Assembly: GCF_001194135.2 (NCBI RefSeq)
Contig: NC_068997.1
Location: 9,197,300-9,231,104 of the forward strand
Source: Octopus bimaculoides
Taxonomy: Eukaryota
Reading direction: 5' to 3'
Length of the DNA stretch: 33,805 bases
Position 1 is the first letter of the stretch. Each line of letters opens with the position of its first letter. The notes beneath the pieces were generated by a model. That model searched no databases, was not told the DNA's origin, and worked only from the letters and a program-made list of their open reading frames with translations. The translations under genes were made by a program, and so were the position numbers. Shown here piece after piece: positions 22,456 through 33,509 of this stretch.

Positions 22456-22904
22456 ACTAACACATACACACTACACATATGTATGCACGCACACACACAC
22501 ACACAAACACACACTTACACAGAAGATAAAACAAGATCCAAGGACACTGGTGGTAGTCTGCAAGACTTGTATTACTTAGATGAAGTGACAAAAATGATGA
22601 CAGCAGTGAATGACAGGAGAAAAACAAATGAAAGGTCACAGAGTCTTGCATCTTTTATATTTGGGTGACTGGCTGCAACTGATGGGAAACACAAGACAGT
22701 GTGAGCTTGCATACATACACAAGAAGTTGTAGGAGAGAACAAACATGTGAGACAGTTATGTGATGATCGATGATGTAACACTTGTCCATATGTTAACAAC
22801 TCTACAACTATCATGGGTCCCAAGTCACAGTACCACATTGTCAAGAGAACTCACAGAAAACAAGCACAGACATACAGATACACTTACACAAATACATATC
22901 ATCA

Positions 22905-23110
22905 TCGCCACCATCATCATCAACAACATTTAATGTCAGTCTTCCATGCAGGCATAGGTTGGATGGTTTGACAGGATCTGGTAAGCCAGAGAGGAGCACC
23001 AGGCTCCATTTGTCTGCTTTAGCAAGTTTTCTATGGCCAGATGCCCTTCATAACACCATCCACTTTACAGAGTGTACTGGGTGCTCTTTATATGGCACCT
23101 GCACTGTTGA
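22905..23110 (-). mobile_element. SINE-like repeat with (GAT)n tail
   Basis: The reverse complement carries gaagggcatctggccatagaaaac...catgc...tgcatggaagactgacattaaatg + (GAT)n. Sister copies lie at ~15160-15215, 27320-27390, 27450-27700 and 33510-33640. Confidence 0.6.
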
Positions 23111-23180
23111 ATTTTATGTGGCACCAACACCAGTGAGGTGGCCAGGTAACTTGTATGACAAAGAGAGAGAATGGAAAACC

Positions 23181-23487
23181 TGAATGATGATGGGTACAAG
23201 TAGCTTGAGATCCCTGGAGTTGGACAATATCTTGCACAGAGAAATGAAAGACAAAAAGTCATCACTGCATATTTCAAGCACCTCAAACTTCTCTTGAAAT
23301 CAAAACTCAACTCAAGGAACCTTGTGACTGCCATCAACATATGGGCTGTTGCTGTAGTCCGCTATAGTGCACCCATCCTGAAATGGACACAAGCGGAGAT
23401 TAACCAACTTGATTGCACTACCTGAAAGACAATGCATGGTTCCCTCCACCCTAAGGTGAATGTACACAAGCTCTACATGAAGAGGGG
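23181..23487 (+). mobile_element. R4/Dong-like retrotransposon RT (thumb region) remnant
   Basis: Translates as YK*L..LELDNILHREMKD(K), then after a frameshift VITAYFKHLKLLLKSKLNSRNLVTAINIWAVAVVRYSAPILKWTQAEINQLDCTT*KTMHGSLHPKVNVHKLYMKRG (cf. LNxxNxIxAINTxAVPVxRYS...W...LD...RK...LHP..V.RLY). It ends at a (TAA)/(CAA) tract. Confidence 0.8.
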
Positions 23488-23589
23488 TAATGATAATAGT
23501 AATAATAATAATAATAACAACAACAACAACAACAACAATGATAATAATAATAAGTAATAATAATAATGATAATAATAATAATTTCTACC

Positions 23590-23940
23590 ATAGGCACAAG
23601 GCCAGCAATTTTAAGAGATGTAAGTCAATTACATCAATCACAGAGCTTATATGGTACTTATATTATTGACCCCAAAAGGATGCAGAGACACCAACACTAC
23701 TTATCAAATGATGTTGGGGACAAACACAAACAGAAAGACACACACATATACATACACACATACACACACACACACATGCATACACATACACACATGATGG
23801 GCATTTTCAGTTTCTTTCCTGTAAATACACCCACAAGGCTTTGGTTAGCTCAAGGACAGTAGAAGACACTTGCCCAAGGTGGCAGGCAGTGGGACTGAAC
23901 CTGGAATTATGTAGTTGGGAAGCAAGTTTCTTACCACACA
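23590..23940. mobile_element. Adjacent SINE fragments (+ 23590-23690; - 23700-23940)
   Basis: ggtacttatattattgaccccaaaaggatg, then gatgttggggacaaacac...cagtagaagacacttgcccaaggtggcaggcagtgggactgaacc...gggaagcaagtttcttaccacaca. Confidence 0.7.
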
Positions 23941-24184
23941 CACACGTGCATGTAAATATTTATTCTACAAATACAGGAACTATCAAATAAATATAATTTA
24001 TCTTCTCATAATTTCAATGCGTTTGACACATCTGTAACAAAATAACAAAATAAATATATAAATAAAAATTAAAAAAATAAGGGAAATAAATGATATTTAT
24101 CTGACATTCTGCAATTGTTGAACACTAACAAAAAAATATTTGGTTAACAAATGAATATGTTGACTGAGAAACTGCATAGCAAAT

Positions 24185-24483
24185 AATATGCATACATACA
24201 CACGTACATACATTCGTACATACATACATACATACAAACATACATACATACATATGTGTGTACATATATATACATACAAACATGTATGTATACGTACATA
24301 TATACTATATTATATTATTATATTGCATTATATGTAAGTGTGTGTGTATATATAAATATATATATATATATGTATATATATTTGTTTATATATATATATA
24401 TATATATATATACATACACATACATATATATATATACATTTATATATATACATACATATACATATACATATGCATATATATAC

Positions 24484-24534
<51 letters not shown>

Positions 24535-24610
24535 TATATATATATATATACATACATATTTATGTATGTGTGTGTATATATATATATGTGGGACACACAC
24601 ACACACATAC
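24185..24610. repeat. Long compound (CATA)/(TA)/(CA) microsatellite at 5' end of intron 1
   Basis: Direct reading of the sequence. Confidence 0.9.
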
Positions 24611-24672
24611 GATTTATATTTTGCCTAATCATAGATATTCAATCATTTATGAAAATGTAAAGTATTTCTTAC

Positions 24673-24721
24673 CTGTTATTATCATTGACACAGACAGCAA
24701 TGCTAACCACATATGATTCAT
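24673..24721 (-). CDS. Coding exon 1 (signal peptide) of LU/three-finger domain protein gene
   Basis: Minus strand reads ATG AAT CAT ATG TGG TTA GCA TTG CTG TCT GTG TCA ATG ATA ATA ACA G|GTAAGA = [16 protein letters not shown] + 1 nt. The donor is strong (AG|GTAAGA) and its phase 1 matches the exon at 8427-8281. The joined peptide is hydrophobic and ends in ...GIGA before LQC. M4 is an alternative start. Confidence 0.8.
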
Positions 24722-25509
24722 AATATATATATATATATTTGTATATATACACAAAGATATATATATATATCAAATGAAAAACAAGCTCTAAATTAAAACA
24801 ATATGTAACTGGAAGCCAACAATTCGTTCTATAGGTTTCAATATATGTGGTCAAGAAGTGGAAAATTTGCTGCAAGTTCAAACTACAATAACATACAAAA
24901 TGGCAAGCTTCATTTGAAATATTTTCTATTTGCCTATCAAAGGTAGAAAGGGACAAATATATTTTCGTTTTTTTCCTGTCTTTGGCTCCTTCAACCAAAA
25001 CTCAGTAATCCCCTTTTCAATATTGACTCTTCATAATCCCTGTTTGCTTGGTTCCCCTGGCACAAGGTCCTTTTTTTAATATACGTTCCACCCCACAAAC
25101 CCTATTTTGTTCTTGGATTATCTTATTCTTTTTATTTTCTTATTGTTGCTGTTGGTGTTGTTTTTTTTTTATATATATAACTTGTCTTTTAAAGAAATTT
25201 TGGTTGTGATTTTTATGAAAGTAGTTTTTGTTTTTTGCTTCTCCTTTTTTGCTTTAGGAAGCAAATAGAGAATCCTGTTTAACTATTTACATTCTTCTCT
25301 TTGTCCTTGGAACTGTATGTTTAGACTTTATAGCCATTAGGAACTGACAAAGGTGAAGTTTGTGGGAGATGAAGGTTATAAGAGGAAATCTATGATAAAT
25401 ACCATTTCAAAAAAATTTACAACACAAACAAAAAACAGCAAGTAAAAACAAAAACTAAGTTTACAAAAAACAGGTCAAGGTTATTATAGATTAAAGACAA
25501 ATCAAAGTT

Positions 25510-25911
25510 GCTTTATTGCAAATTTAAGCTACCTTGGTTTCAATTAATTTTGAAAATAATGAAGAATTTAGTTGGATAACCTTGGCTGGAGTTTAGAACA
25601 TAAATTAACATGGAATTTTGATGGAAGGTTTTAATTGAAACTATTGGGTTGTCTGGAAAGTTTGTGCCGATTTGTAGTAGCTTACCTTTCGACTTATTTG
25701 CCATGAAACCACCTCAGTTCTGGGAAGAGAGTATTTTCAAGTTAAAGGAAAGATGGAGACGCATTGTGCAACAAAATGCTTCGTATTTGGTTGATTAAAA
25801 ATGTAATGGCAAGTATTTATTGACCTTTTTCTTTCCTTTAAAAGTCGGCACGAACTTTCTGAAGGTTTGAATCATAGAACCTGGGTTGGTCTTAGGTTAG
25901 TTTCAAAAGGG
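25510..25911 (-). mobile_element. piggyBac-type MITE relative (reverse orientation) interrupted by a mariner element
   Basis: The right end aaaagggTTAA (TTAA 25912-25915) reverse-complements to ttaacccttttgaaactaacc, like the 15455 copy. 25510-25640 matches the body of the 15455/31974 family on the minus strand. The other terminus is not recognisable. Confidence 0.55.
25644..25860 (+). mobile_element. Non-autonomous mariner derivative
   Basis: TA is followed by the left TIR TTGGGTTGTCTGGAAAGTTTGTGCCGATTT. The internal transposase C-terminus reads FAMKPPQFWEESIFKLKERWRRIVQQNASYLVD*. The right TIR aaagtcggcacgaactttct is truncated. Confidence 0.85.
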
Positions 25912-26524
25912 TTAAAAGCATTCCATTATTGACCATCCTGTCAGTTTTTATTTAGGTATAGTGTATCTATGATAAACTATCTAATGTGCCTTCCTAAAAA
26001 AAAAAAAAAAAAAGATTGAAGGGCATGACATGGTGTAGGGGCAGATTTAGCCACTATTTCTGGTATATCAGATGACTTGTAAAGGTTCCTGTGTTGGCTC
26101 AATCGTTTATACAATTGCTGGAATTTCTGCAGAGTTGGAATCTTTTTAATATTTCCAATGTTAGTTTAATTTCTTAATTTAGTTGTTTGAATAAGGATCA
26201 TTGTTTTCCTACAATTACATATAAAACACTTGGATCAATATTCTAGCTCCCAGATAACACCCACCACTCCACCTCTCTTCTGTCCCTTATCAACATGATT
26301 ATCTATAAATCTAGGAAACGAAGACCTTGTAATTTAAAAAAAAAAAAATTTTTTTGCTTCGTTTTGCTTTCTTTTTCTTTTTTTCTTTTTTAAAACAATA
26401 TAAACCCACTTGTGTATCAGGCTTCTTTTGATCTCAGTAAATATCTAGGTTTGATGCATTTTATTCTTGGTTTGTTTGGAATTCCACTTCAATTAATCAT
26501 TACAATGAACTATAACAGAATTTA

Positions 26525-26547
26525 TTCAATTTATTTAATTCAACATC

Positions 26548-26579
<32 letters not shown>

Positions 26580-26765
26580 CATCATCACCACCACCACCAC
26601 CACCACCATCACCATCACCATCATCATCATCATCATCTTCGTCGCTGTCGTCGTCATCATTGTCATCATCATCATCATTGTTCATTGTTCATTGTCATTG
26701 TTATCATGCTCCACCTCTTCTTCTTCTTCTTCTTCTTCTTCTTCCTCTTCCTGATCATCATCATC
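26525..26765. repeat. (CAT)/(CAC)/(CTT) trinucleotide microsatellite
   Basis: Direct reading of the sequence; it explains the poly-His and poly-Asp pseudo-ORFs. Confidence 0.95.
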
Positions 26766-27319
26766 CCTCCAATACTCAAATATATTTATGGCTTCGTGCC
26801 AATGTAAAAAGAAGGAAAAAAAAAATCATTGTTAGTCGCCATATTAGAATCACTATAGCTTTCAATAGGAAGAGTTTATCCACTACAGAGACCTAAACCT
26901 GAAAACATAATATTTAGAGAGGTATCTCTAAAGAATTCTATTTTTCTGCACAAATAAATGTATGATCTGGCCACATTTTGTTAGAATTTCCTTTCATCAC
27001 GACAATATCAAATATGATGAAGGCTACGCTAATTCACTAAAGAGTTCAGAACAAGGCTGTATCATTGCAGAGTTGTCTCCCATACTTGTCAAATATATAA
27101 TACTATTAGTAATAGTCTGATACAGATTTTCTTTAAACAGATATTTTTTCATGTTTCATCTATACTTTGGTCCAATGGTAGAACATCAGTTATGTTTTCA
27201 GAAGATGTGTGTTCATGTCGCATGAGTAGCCTTCAACTTTTTCGGTCCAAGGGAGGTTGTTTTTTGCTATTAGGAAGGACATCCAGCTATAGAGACTATA
27301 CCAAAGCTGGCACTGGAAC

Positions 27320-27845
27320 TCAGCACAGATCCCATCAAACCATCTGACCCATGCCAGCATGGAAAACAGACATTAAATGATGATGACTAGCTTTTCTTTT
27401 GGAGATAATGTCAGGTTTTGGTAACCTTTCCATTTTTGTTTTGTTGAGGACTTGACAACTTCTCTAGAGTTGCAGCAATAGCAAAATATGTCCAGAGTAC
27501 TCTGTAAAGGGGTTGGGGTTAGGAAGGGCATCCAACTAGAGAAACTATGCTCAAATAAAATTAATGATGTGTCCGCAACATACCTCAAGAGGACAGTAAC
27601 TCCAAATATGAACTAACATGGAACTTGGTAACTTGTCCAATCCAAGCCAGCATGAAAAACAGATGTGAAATGATGATGATGATGATGATGATGATGAGGA
27701 TGATCACGATGGGGGGGGGGTGATGATGACAATGATGATGATGAGGAGGAGGAGGAGGAGGAGGAGGATGGTGATGATTATGATGATGACAACAGTGACG
27801 ATGAAAGATGACGACAATGATGACAACAATGACGACGATGATGTA
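27320..27845 (+). mobile_element. Two SINE-like copies with (GAT)n tails plus GAT/GAG microsatellite
   Basis: ccatctgacccatgccagcatggaaaacagacattaaatgatgatg, and gttaggaagggcatccaactagagaaac...ccagcatgaaaaacagatgtgaaatgatgatg. Confidence 0.55.
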
Positions 27846-28004
27846 ATATTTATATCAAAACGGTGTGAGAAGTGTTATATTCAAACACAAAAATACCCAG
27901 TGGTGTTAATTATTTCCTCTTACGTAATAATTGTCCATTGTCCATTGCATTTTATATGCTACAAGAACGAAAACACAAATACAAAACCACAACACAAAGA
28001 AAGA

Positions 28005-28105
28005 AGTACTGGGATCAACATAATCACACTAAACTCTTTAAGCAAATGCTCCAGCGGGGCTACAGTCCAATGATGGAAACCAGTAAATGAAGAATAAAAG
28101 AATGG
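28005..28105 (+). mobile_element. SINE 3' end
   Basis: The sequence reads ctctttaagcaaatgctccagcggggctacagtccaatgatggaaaccagtaaatgaagaataaaag. Confidence 0.5.
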
Positions 28106-28459
28106 CAGAGCTAATGGAACAATAAACAGCCATGTCTGTGTATTGATCTTTCACGGGGTGATGGAGTTCAAGTTAAACCGAACAAAAAAATCCATATCAT
28201 ATCTTTGGATGACAATTTGAATGTTTCTACAAAACGAAGAAAGAATGGAAGAGAGAAAGAAAGAAGGAAATAAGCAAAGAAAGAAGGGAAGAAAGGAAGG
28301 AAGAAAGAAAGAAAGAAATAATGACAAGAAAGAATGACAAGAAAGATGATTGTTACTTTGTCACTCCTTCTGTTTCATTACTTTTGTTCTGCTGTGTCCC
28401 TCAACTACAAAAGATGTACAATAATGATCCAATATTAAACAAGATTAGTAATCTTATTT

Positions 28460-28583
28460 ATACTACACACACACATCCATATCTAACATACACATGCATG
28501 CACATACACACACATGCATTTATGTATATATGCACAAATATATATATATTGTGTGTGTATACATATATATACATACATACATA

Positions 28584-28642
<59 letters not shown>

Positions 28643-28683
28643 NNNNNNNNNNTATGATGATATATATATATATATATATGATG

Positions 28684-28728
<45 letters not shown>

Positions 28729-28887
28729 GCTATATATGTATATATATACATATATAGATATATATAGATATGGATATACATACATATGTACACACGCATA
28801 CACATATATATATATGTACATACATATATGCACACACACATGCACACACACACATACATATATACATACATACACACACATTCATAC

Positions 28888-28938
<51 letters not shown>

Positions 28939-29062
28939 TAGATAGATAGATAGATATAGATATATATAGATATATATGCTTACTTACATGCATATAACTA
29001 CCTATTTACGTCTTTCTTTCTCCTCCTTCTCTCTCATTCTCTGTATCTATCTATCTATCTTC

Positions 29063-29141
<79 letters not shown>

Positions 29142-29145
29142 CTGT
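28460..29145. repeat. Compound (TA)/(CA)/(GATA)/(TCTA) microsatellite block
   Basis: Direct reading of the sequence. Confidence 0.9.
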
Positions 29146-29544
29146 GTGTATATTTATATTTTATGTATGTCTTAACTGAGAGCAGCACAATAAAAGCTAA
29201 TTACAGAGACTGGAGCCTTTCACTCAAATATATTTCTTCATACAATCATTGAGATTGCAGCTTTTCAGTTATGACCCTGGAATTTTTAATGACTAGTAAT
29301 CCGGCTTATCGTGAGAAAAGGGAAGGAGAGCGAGAGTGATATGGAGGGAGATACTGGGGAGAAGAGAGAGAGTGTGGGGGGGGGGGGGAAGAAGGGAGAG
29401 AGATAGGGAAAGGGAGCGGGGTAATATAGGGACAAAAGTGAGTGACAAAAGAAAAATATATACATGTGTGTAAGTGCATATGTGTAGAAACAGAGAATGC
29501 TGAGGAAAGGATGAGAGGAGTATATATGCGTATATATACATACA

Positions 29545-29578
<34 letters not shown>

Positions 29579-30285
29579 AATATATATATATACATATATA
29601 TCCATATGTACATATACATATATATATATATATACATATAAATATGTATATATATGATATAATATATATNNNNNNNNNNNNNNNNNNNNNNNNNNNNNNN
29701 NNNNNNNNNNNNNNNNNNNNNNNNNNNNNNNNNNNNNNNNNNNNNNNNNNNNNNNNNNNNNNNNNNNNNNNNNNNNNNNNNNNNNNNNNNNNNNNNNNNN
29801 NNNNNNNNNNNNNNNNNNNNNNNNNNNNNNNNNNNNNNNNNNNNNNNNNNNNNNNNNNNNNNNNNNNNNNNNNNNNNNNNNNNNNNNNNNNNNNNNNNNN
29901 NNNNNNNNNNNNNNNNNNNNNNNNNNNNNNNNNNNNNNNNNNNNNNNNNNNNNNNNNNNNNNNNNNNNNNNNNNNNNNNNNNNNNNNNNNNNNNNNNNNN
30001 NNNNNNNNNNNNNNNNNNNNNNNNNNNNNNNNNNNNNNNNNNNNNNNNNNNNNNNNNNNNNNNNNNNNNNNNNNNNNNNNNNNNNNNNNNNNNNNNNNNN
30101 NNNNNNNNNNNNNNNNNNNNNNNNNNNNNNNNNNNNNNNNNNNNNNNNNNNNNNNNNNNNNNNNNNNNNNNNNNNNNNNNNNNNNNNNNNNNNNNNNNNN
30201 NNNNNNNNNNNNNNNNNNNNNNNNNNNNNNNNNNNNNNNNNNNNNNNNNNNNNNNNNNNNNNNNNNNNNNNNNNNNNNNNNNNNN

Positions 30286-30338
<53 letters not shown>

Positions 30339-30564
30339 TAAAGAAGAAAAGGGTAATCCTTTCAGTTCATGGGAAAATGTACAATAGTTAAACAATATTT
30401 AAAATATTGAATGAAAAAACCTTGGATAACTTCAGTTTTTAACCTTTATTTCTGAATATGTTACTTTCCTTGGTCTAGTAATTTTACCTTGTTCTTGTGC
30501 ATATTCTTAGTGCAAGTTTTGAGGAGTGCAGTTCGATTTTAACAATTATTTTTTCAAAGCTATA

Positions 30565-30870
30565 ATGGAAGTGACAAAGGAGTATATTTGGCATTTTCTA
30601 CTTTATGAGTTCAGTAAAGGCAACAACAACACAATGGAAAGTGCATGGAATATTAATGCAGTATATGGGGATAGGACAATAAGTGTAAGCTAGTGTCAGT
30701 GGTGGTTCCAGAAATTCCAAGCCAGAAACTACAGCCTAGGAGATGAGCCTCACCCTGGAGGATCTGTAGAGCTCTACGAGGATGTCCCGCAAACCCTGGT
30801 GGATCAAAATCCTGTCATAACTGTTGAGGACTTAGTAGAGAAGCTTGGACTTGGTCATTCAACAATTCAT
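30565..30870 (+). mobile_element. Mariner transposase N-terminal (HTH) pseudogene fragment
   Basis: Translates as MEVTKEYIWHFLLYEFSKGNNNTMESAWNINAVYGDRTISVS*CQWWFQKFQARNYSLGDEPHPGGSVELYEDVPQTLVDQNPVITVEDLVEKLGLGHSTIH. There is an in-frame TAG at 30691, and the fragment is truncated by a (TA)/(CA) tract. Confidence 0.88.
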
Positions 30871-30994
30871 ATATACATATATATATTTGTAAACATATAC
30901 ATATGTATATATACATGCACATACACACACATATACACACACACATACACACATATGCATGTGTGTGCATGTGTATGAATGCATTTATTGATAA

Positions 30995-31079
<85 letters not shown>

Positions 31080-31475
31080 AATAGCTAGAAATAGGTAGAT
31101 ACACAGACAGACAAGTAAATAAGTGGCAAAAAATAGCAACCTAGTTGGCCGGATGATCTATGCATATTTATATTTAATCATTTCAATGGAAGATTCAAAA
31201 GATCAGATACTTAGAAAGAAGACAAGAATAAAATTATTTTCCATGATGAATAGGAGAGACAGGAAAAAGAACAGTTATAAATATATCCATTTGTTCCTTT
31301 ACCATTTTTCTTTTAAGAATCACGAAAATCATGATATTGTAGAATAAATATTCGGTGAGGACCACCTACATAAACTGTACTCACACTAAAATGATGCATA
31401 ACATTGTATTAAATATGTCTTTTATATACATACATATATATACATACTTATATGTATACTTCCGTACGTATATCT

Positions 31476-31580
31476 TTATCTTTTACTTGTTCAGTCATTA
31501 GACTATGGTCATGCTGGGGCTCTGCCTTTTTAGTCAAATATAGCAACCCCAGTACTTATTTTTTAAAGCCTGACACTTAT
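31476..31580 (-). mobile_element. SINE 3' portion
   Basis: The sequence reads cttttacttgttcagtcattagactatggtcatgctggggc...ccccagtacttatt. Confidence 0.6.
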
Positions 31581-31647
31581 TAACAATGGCCTCTGTATTG
31601 CAGTGTTACCACTGCTATTGCAAGGGCATACATCAATACGTTTATGT

Positions 31648-31789
31648 GAGCAACTGGTCTAAGTGTTTGGAGTGAGTCTATGTGTAATAATCCATTTCAT
31701 GCAACTTACATAATATTGCATACATAACATTCTGTAAATCTTACTTAATGTGTATATATTCTATCACAAGCAGCAAAACTGCAGTATTC
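31648..31789 (+). repeat. 142-bp direct repeat, copy 1
   Basis: 139 of 142 positions are identical to 32545-32686. Confidence 0.92.
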
Positions 31790-31973
31790 ATCTTGAGAAA
31801 ACTTGTATAGACATATAGTGCTAAAAAGCACAGAAGAATATCAGTAGCAAACAAAAGGCATCCAGCAGCAGTGGTATTTCTGTGTCTTTGCACATCATCA
31901 ATAGTAACTGTCCACTATCAACTGCATGCTGAGACAAATTTCACCTCTACTGATATAGAAAAATGATGATTAA

Positions 31974-32195
31974 CCCTTTCAATACCAACCCAACTGTAAC
32001 CACCTCTGGCTCTGCAATACAAATGTCTGGTTTTCATAATTTTTGAATTAAATTCTTCCACCAAACCTTAGTCACAATTTATGTTCCTAACACTAGCTTA
32101 ATGAGAACTAAGCTATTTTGCTAAATTCTTTGTTGTATTTAAGATTAATTGAAAGAAACACAGAACATCTCAACTGAGATATGATAACAAAAGGG
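31974..32195 (+). mobile_element. piggyBac-type MITE (TTAA TSD)
   Basis: TTAA at 31970-31973 and 32196-32199, with CCCTTT...AAAGGG ends. Same family as 15455-15675. Confidence 0.85.
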
Positions 32196-32544
32196 TTAAA
32201 ATATATAATAGAGAAACAATTCTTAACTCTCAGATACTTTAACAGAGCAAAAAGATGGAAGAAATTCATGTTGTTGCTATTGTAGCTAAGAATAAACTAC
32301 ACTTCCACAAATGGCATGAAGCCCACTGGGTCATAGCTTGTAAAGGATTGTGGTTCATTTCTAATTTATTTGTCTTTTTATCAACTACCACATCTAAGAC
32401 GAGAGGACTGTGTCTGTTTGGAATGAATGGAAGAGTGAGTTGACAGCTCATGGCTAGGTGTGGTCATAAATATTGTGTGTGTCTGTACACATCTTTATTT
32501 TCCCCTGATTCTTGGCTTATAATTAATATATAGATAGATCTGTA

Positions 32545-32686
32545 GAGCAACTGGTCTAAGTATTTGGAGTGAGTTTATGTGTAATAATCCATTTCATGCA
32601 ACTTACATAATATTGCATACATAACATTCTGTAAATCTTACTTAATGTGTATATATTCTATCACAAGCAGCAAAACTGCTGTATTC
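32545..32686 (+). repeat. 142-bp direct repeat, copy 2
   Basis: 139 of 142 positions are identical to 31648-31789. Confidence 0.92.
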
Positions 32687-33441
32687 CATAAGTAAAATGC
32701 CCTGAGCAGTCTTTATATAAACCATCTAATAAATAAATAATTAACTACATGAATGAATATTAAACTGATTCTATGTAATCTTTGTTTTTTTAATGTTGAA
32801 AATTGATATAAATATACACATTTTATCTATTTTGGTTATGATATCATTTATGATAATCTTAAATTTTATCTTTATACAACATAACAATATTGTTTATAAA
32901 CAATCACCCATAGTACCCCATGATAAAATTTCCTCTGTATCAACATCATAAGTTTTATTAGCATCTTGTCCCTTTTACTGGTAATTAACATCATGATTTA
33001 GGGTCTCCCCCTATCCAGACTCCTTTATAGACAGTTACTTTATACCCAATTTACTACTCCTAATATCTTGACAATAGAAGAGATACATGGCTACTCTGCA
33101 TTATATGAAGGTGGATGGGAGTTGCTGGAAAAAGAGATATTCACCATCTTGTATTTTGAGGCCATGTCCTGATGAGGTGTTAGGACTTAGCTCCAATGTT
33201 CATGATGATGAATAAAAGAGAGAGTGGGGACAGAAGATCGGGAAGAGGAAATGGAGGAAGTTTCCAAGGCTGCAGGAGAAGAGCAAGAGTTGGTTAGAGA
33301 TGGGGACAGAGGCGATGGTGGTGGAGGGGCTGATGTACTGGCTATACTACCTCTCACTGCAACCCCTTCACTCTCTACTCTAACATCATTCAGTCAAGGG
33401 GTCTTTTTAGCCTTATGAGTTACGTGGGGACTTCACAAGAG

Positions 33442-33509
33442 CTGGTACATGAAAAAAGTGCCTGATACATGAAAAAAGTACCTGGTACATGAAAAAAGTA
33501 CCTGATACA
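33442..33509. repeat. 20-bp tandem repeat CTG(G/A)TACATGAAAAAAGT(A/G)C x ~3.4
   Basis: Direct reading. It lies inside the 5' part of a SINE-like copy that continues to ~33640. Confidence 0.9.

Noticed and set aside
24835-24942. Plus-strand AG...GT bounded open segment (FQYMWSRSGKFAASSNYNNIQNGKLHLKYFLFAYQ)
   Set aside because: The donor is weak (GTAGAA), there are no partner exons and no recognisable motif, so it is likely chance.
25168-25175. TATATAAA on the minus strand as the gene's TATA box
   Set aside because: It is part of a T-run/(TA)n tract and the TSS is unknown. Such motifs are ubiquitous here.
26412-28073. Poly-His, poly-Asp and poly-Met/Arg ORFs (26412-26807, 26500-26685, 27720-28073)
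   Set aside because: They are translations of CAT/GAT/GAG trinucleotide tracts, often SINE tails. They have no splice support and no domain.
6766-30395. Long ORFs containing X runs and YIYI/THTH/SLSL/ERER peptides
   Set aside because: They are artefacts of N-gaps and dinucleotide microsatellites.
31648-32686. Canonical LTR retrotransposon
   Set aside because: There are no TG...CA termini, no TSD and no gag/pol remnants. It is kept only as an unexplained direct repeat.
33442-33509. 20-bp repeats as a CRISPR-like array (also the 12-bp and 30-bp arrays)
   Set aside because: The units are contiguous with no unique spacers, there are no cas genes, and the context is eukaryotic.
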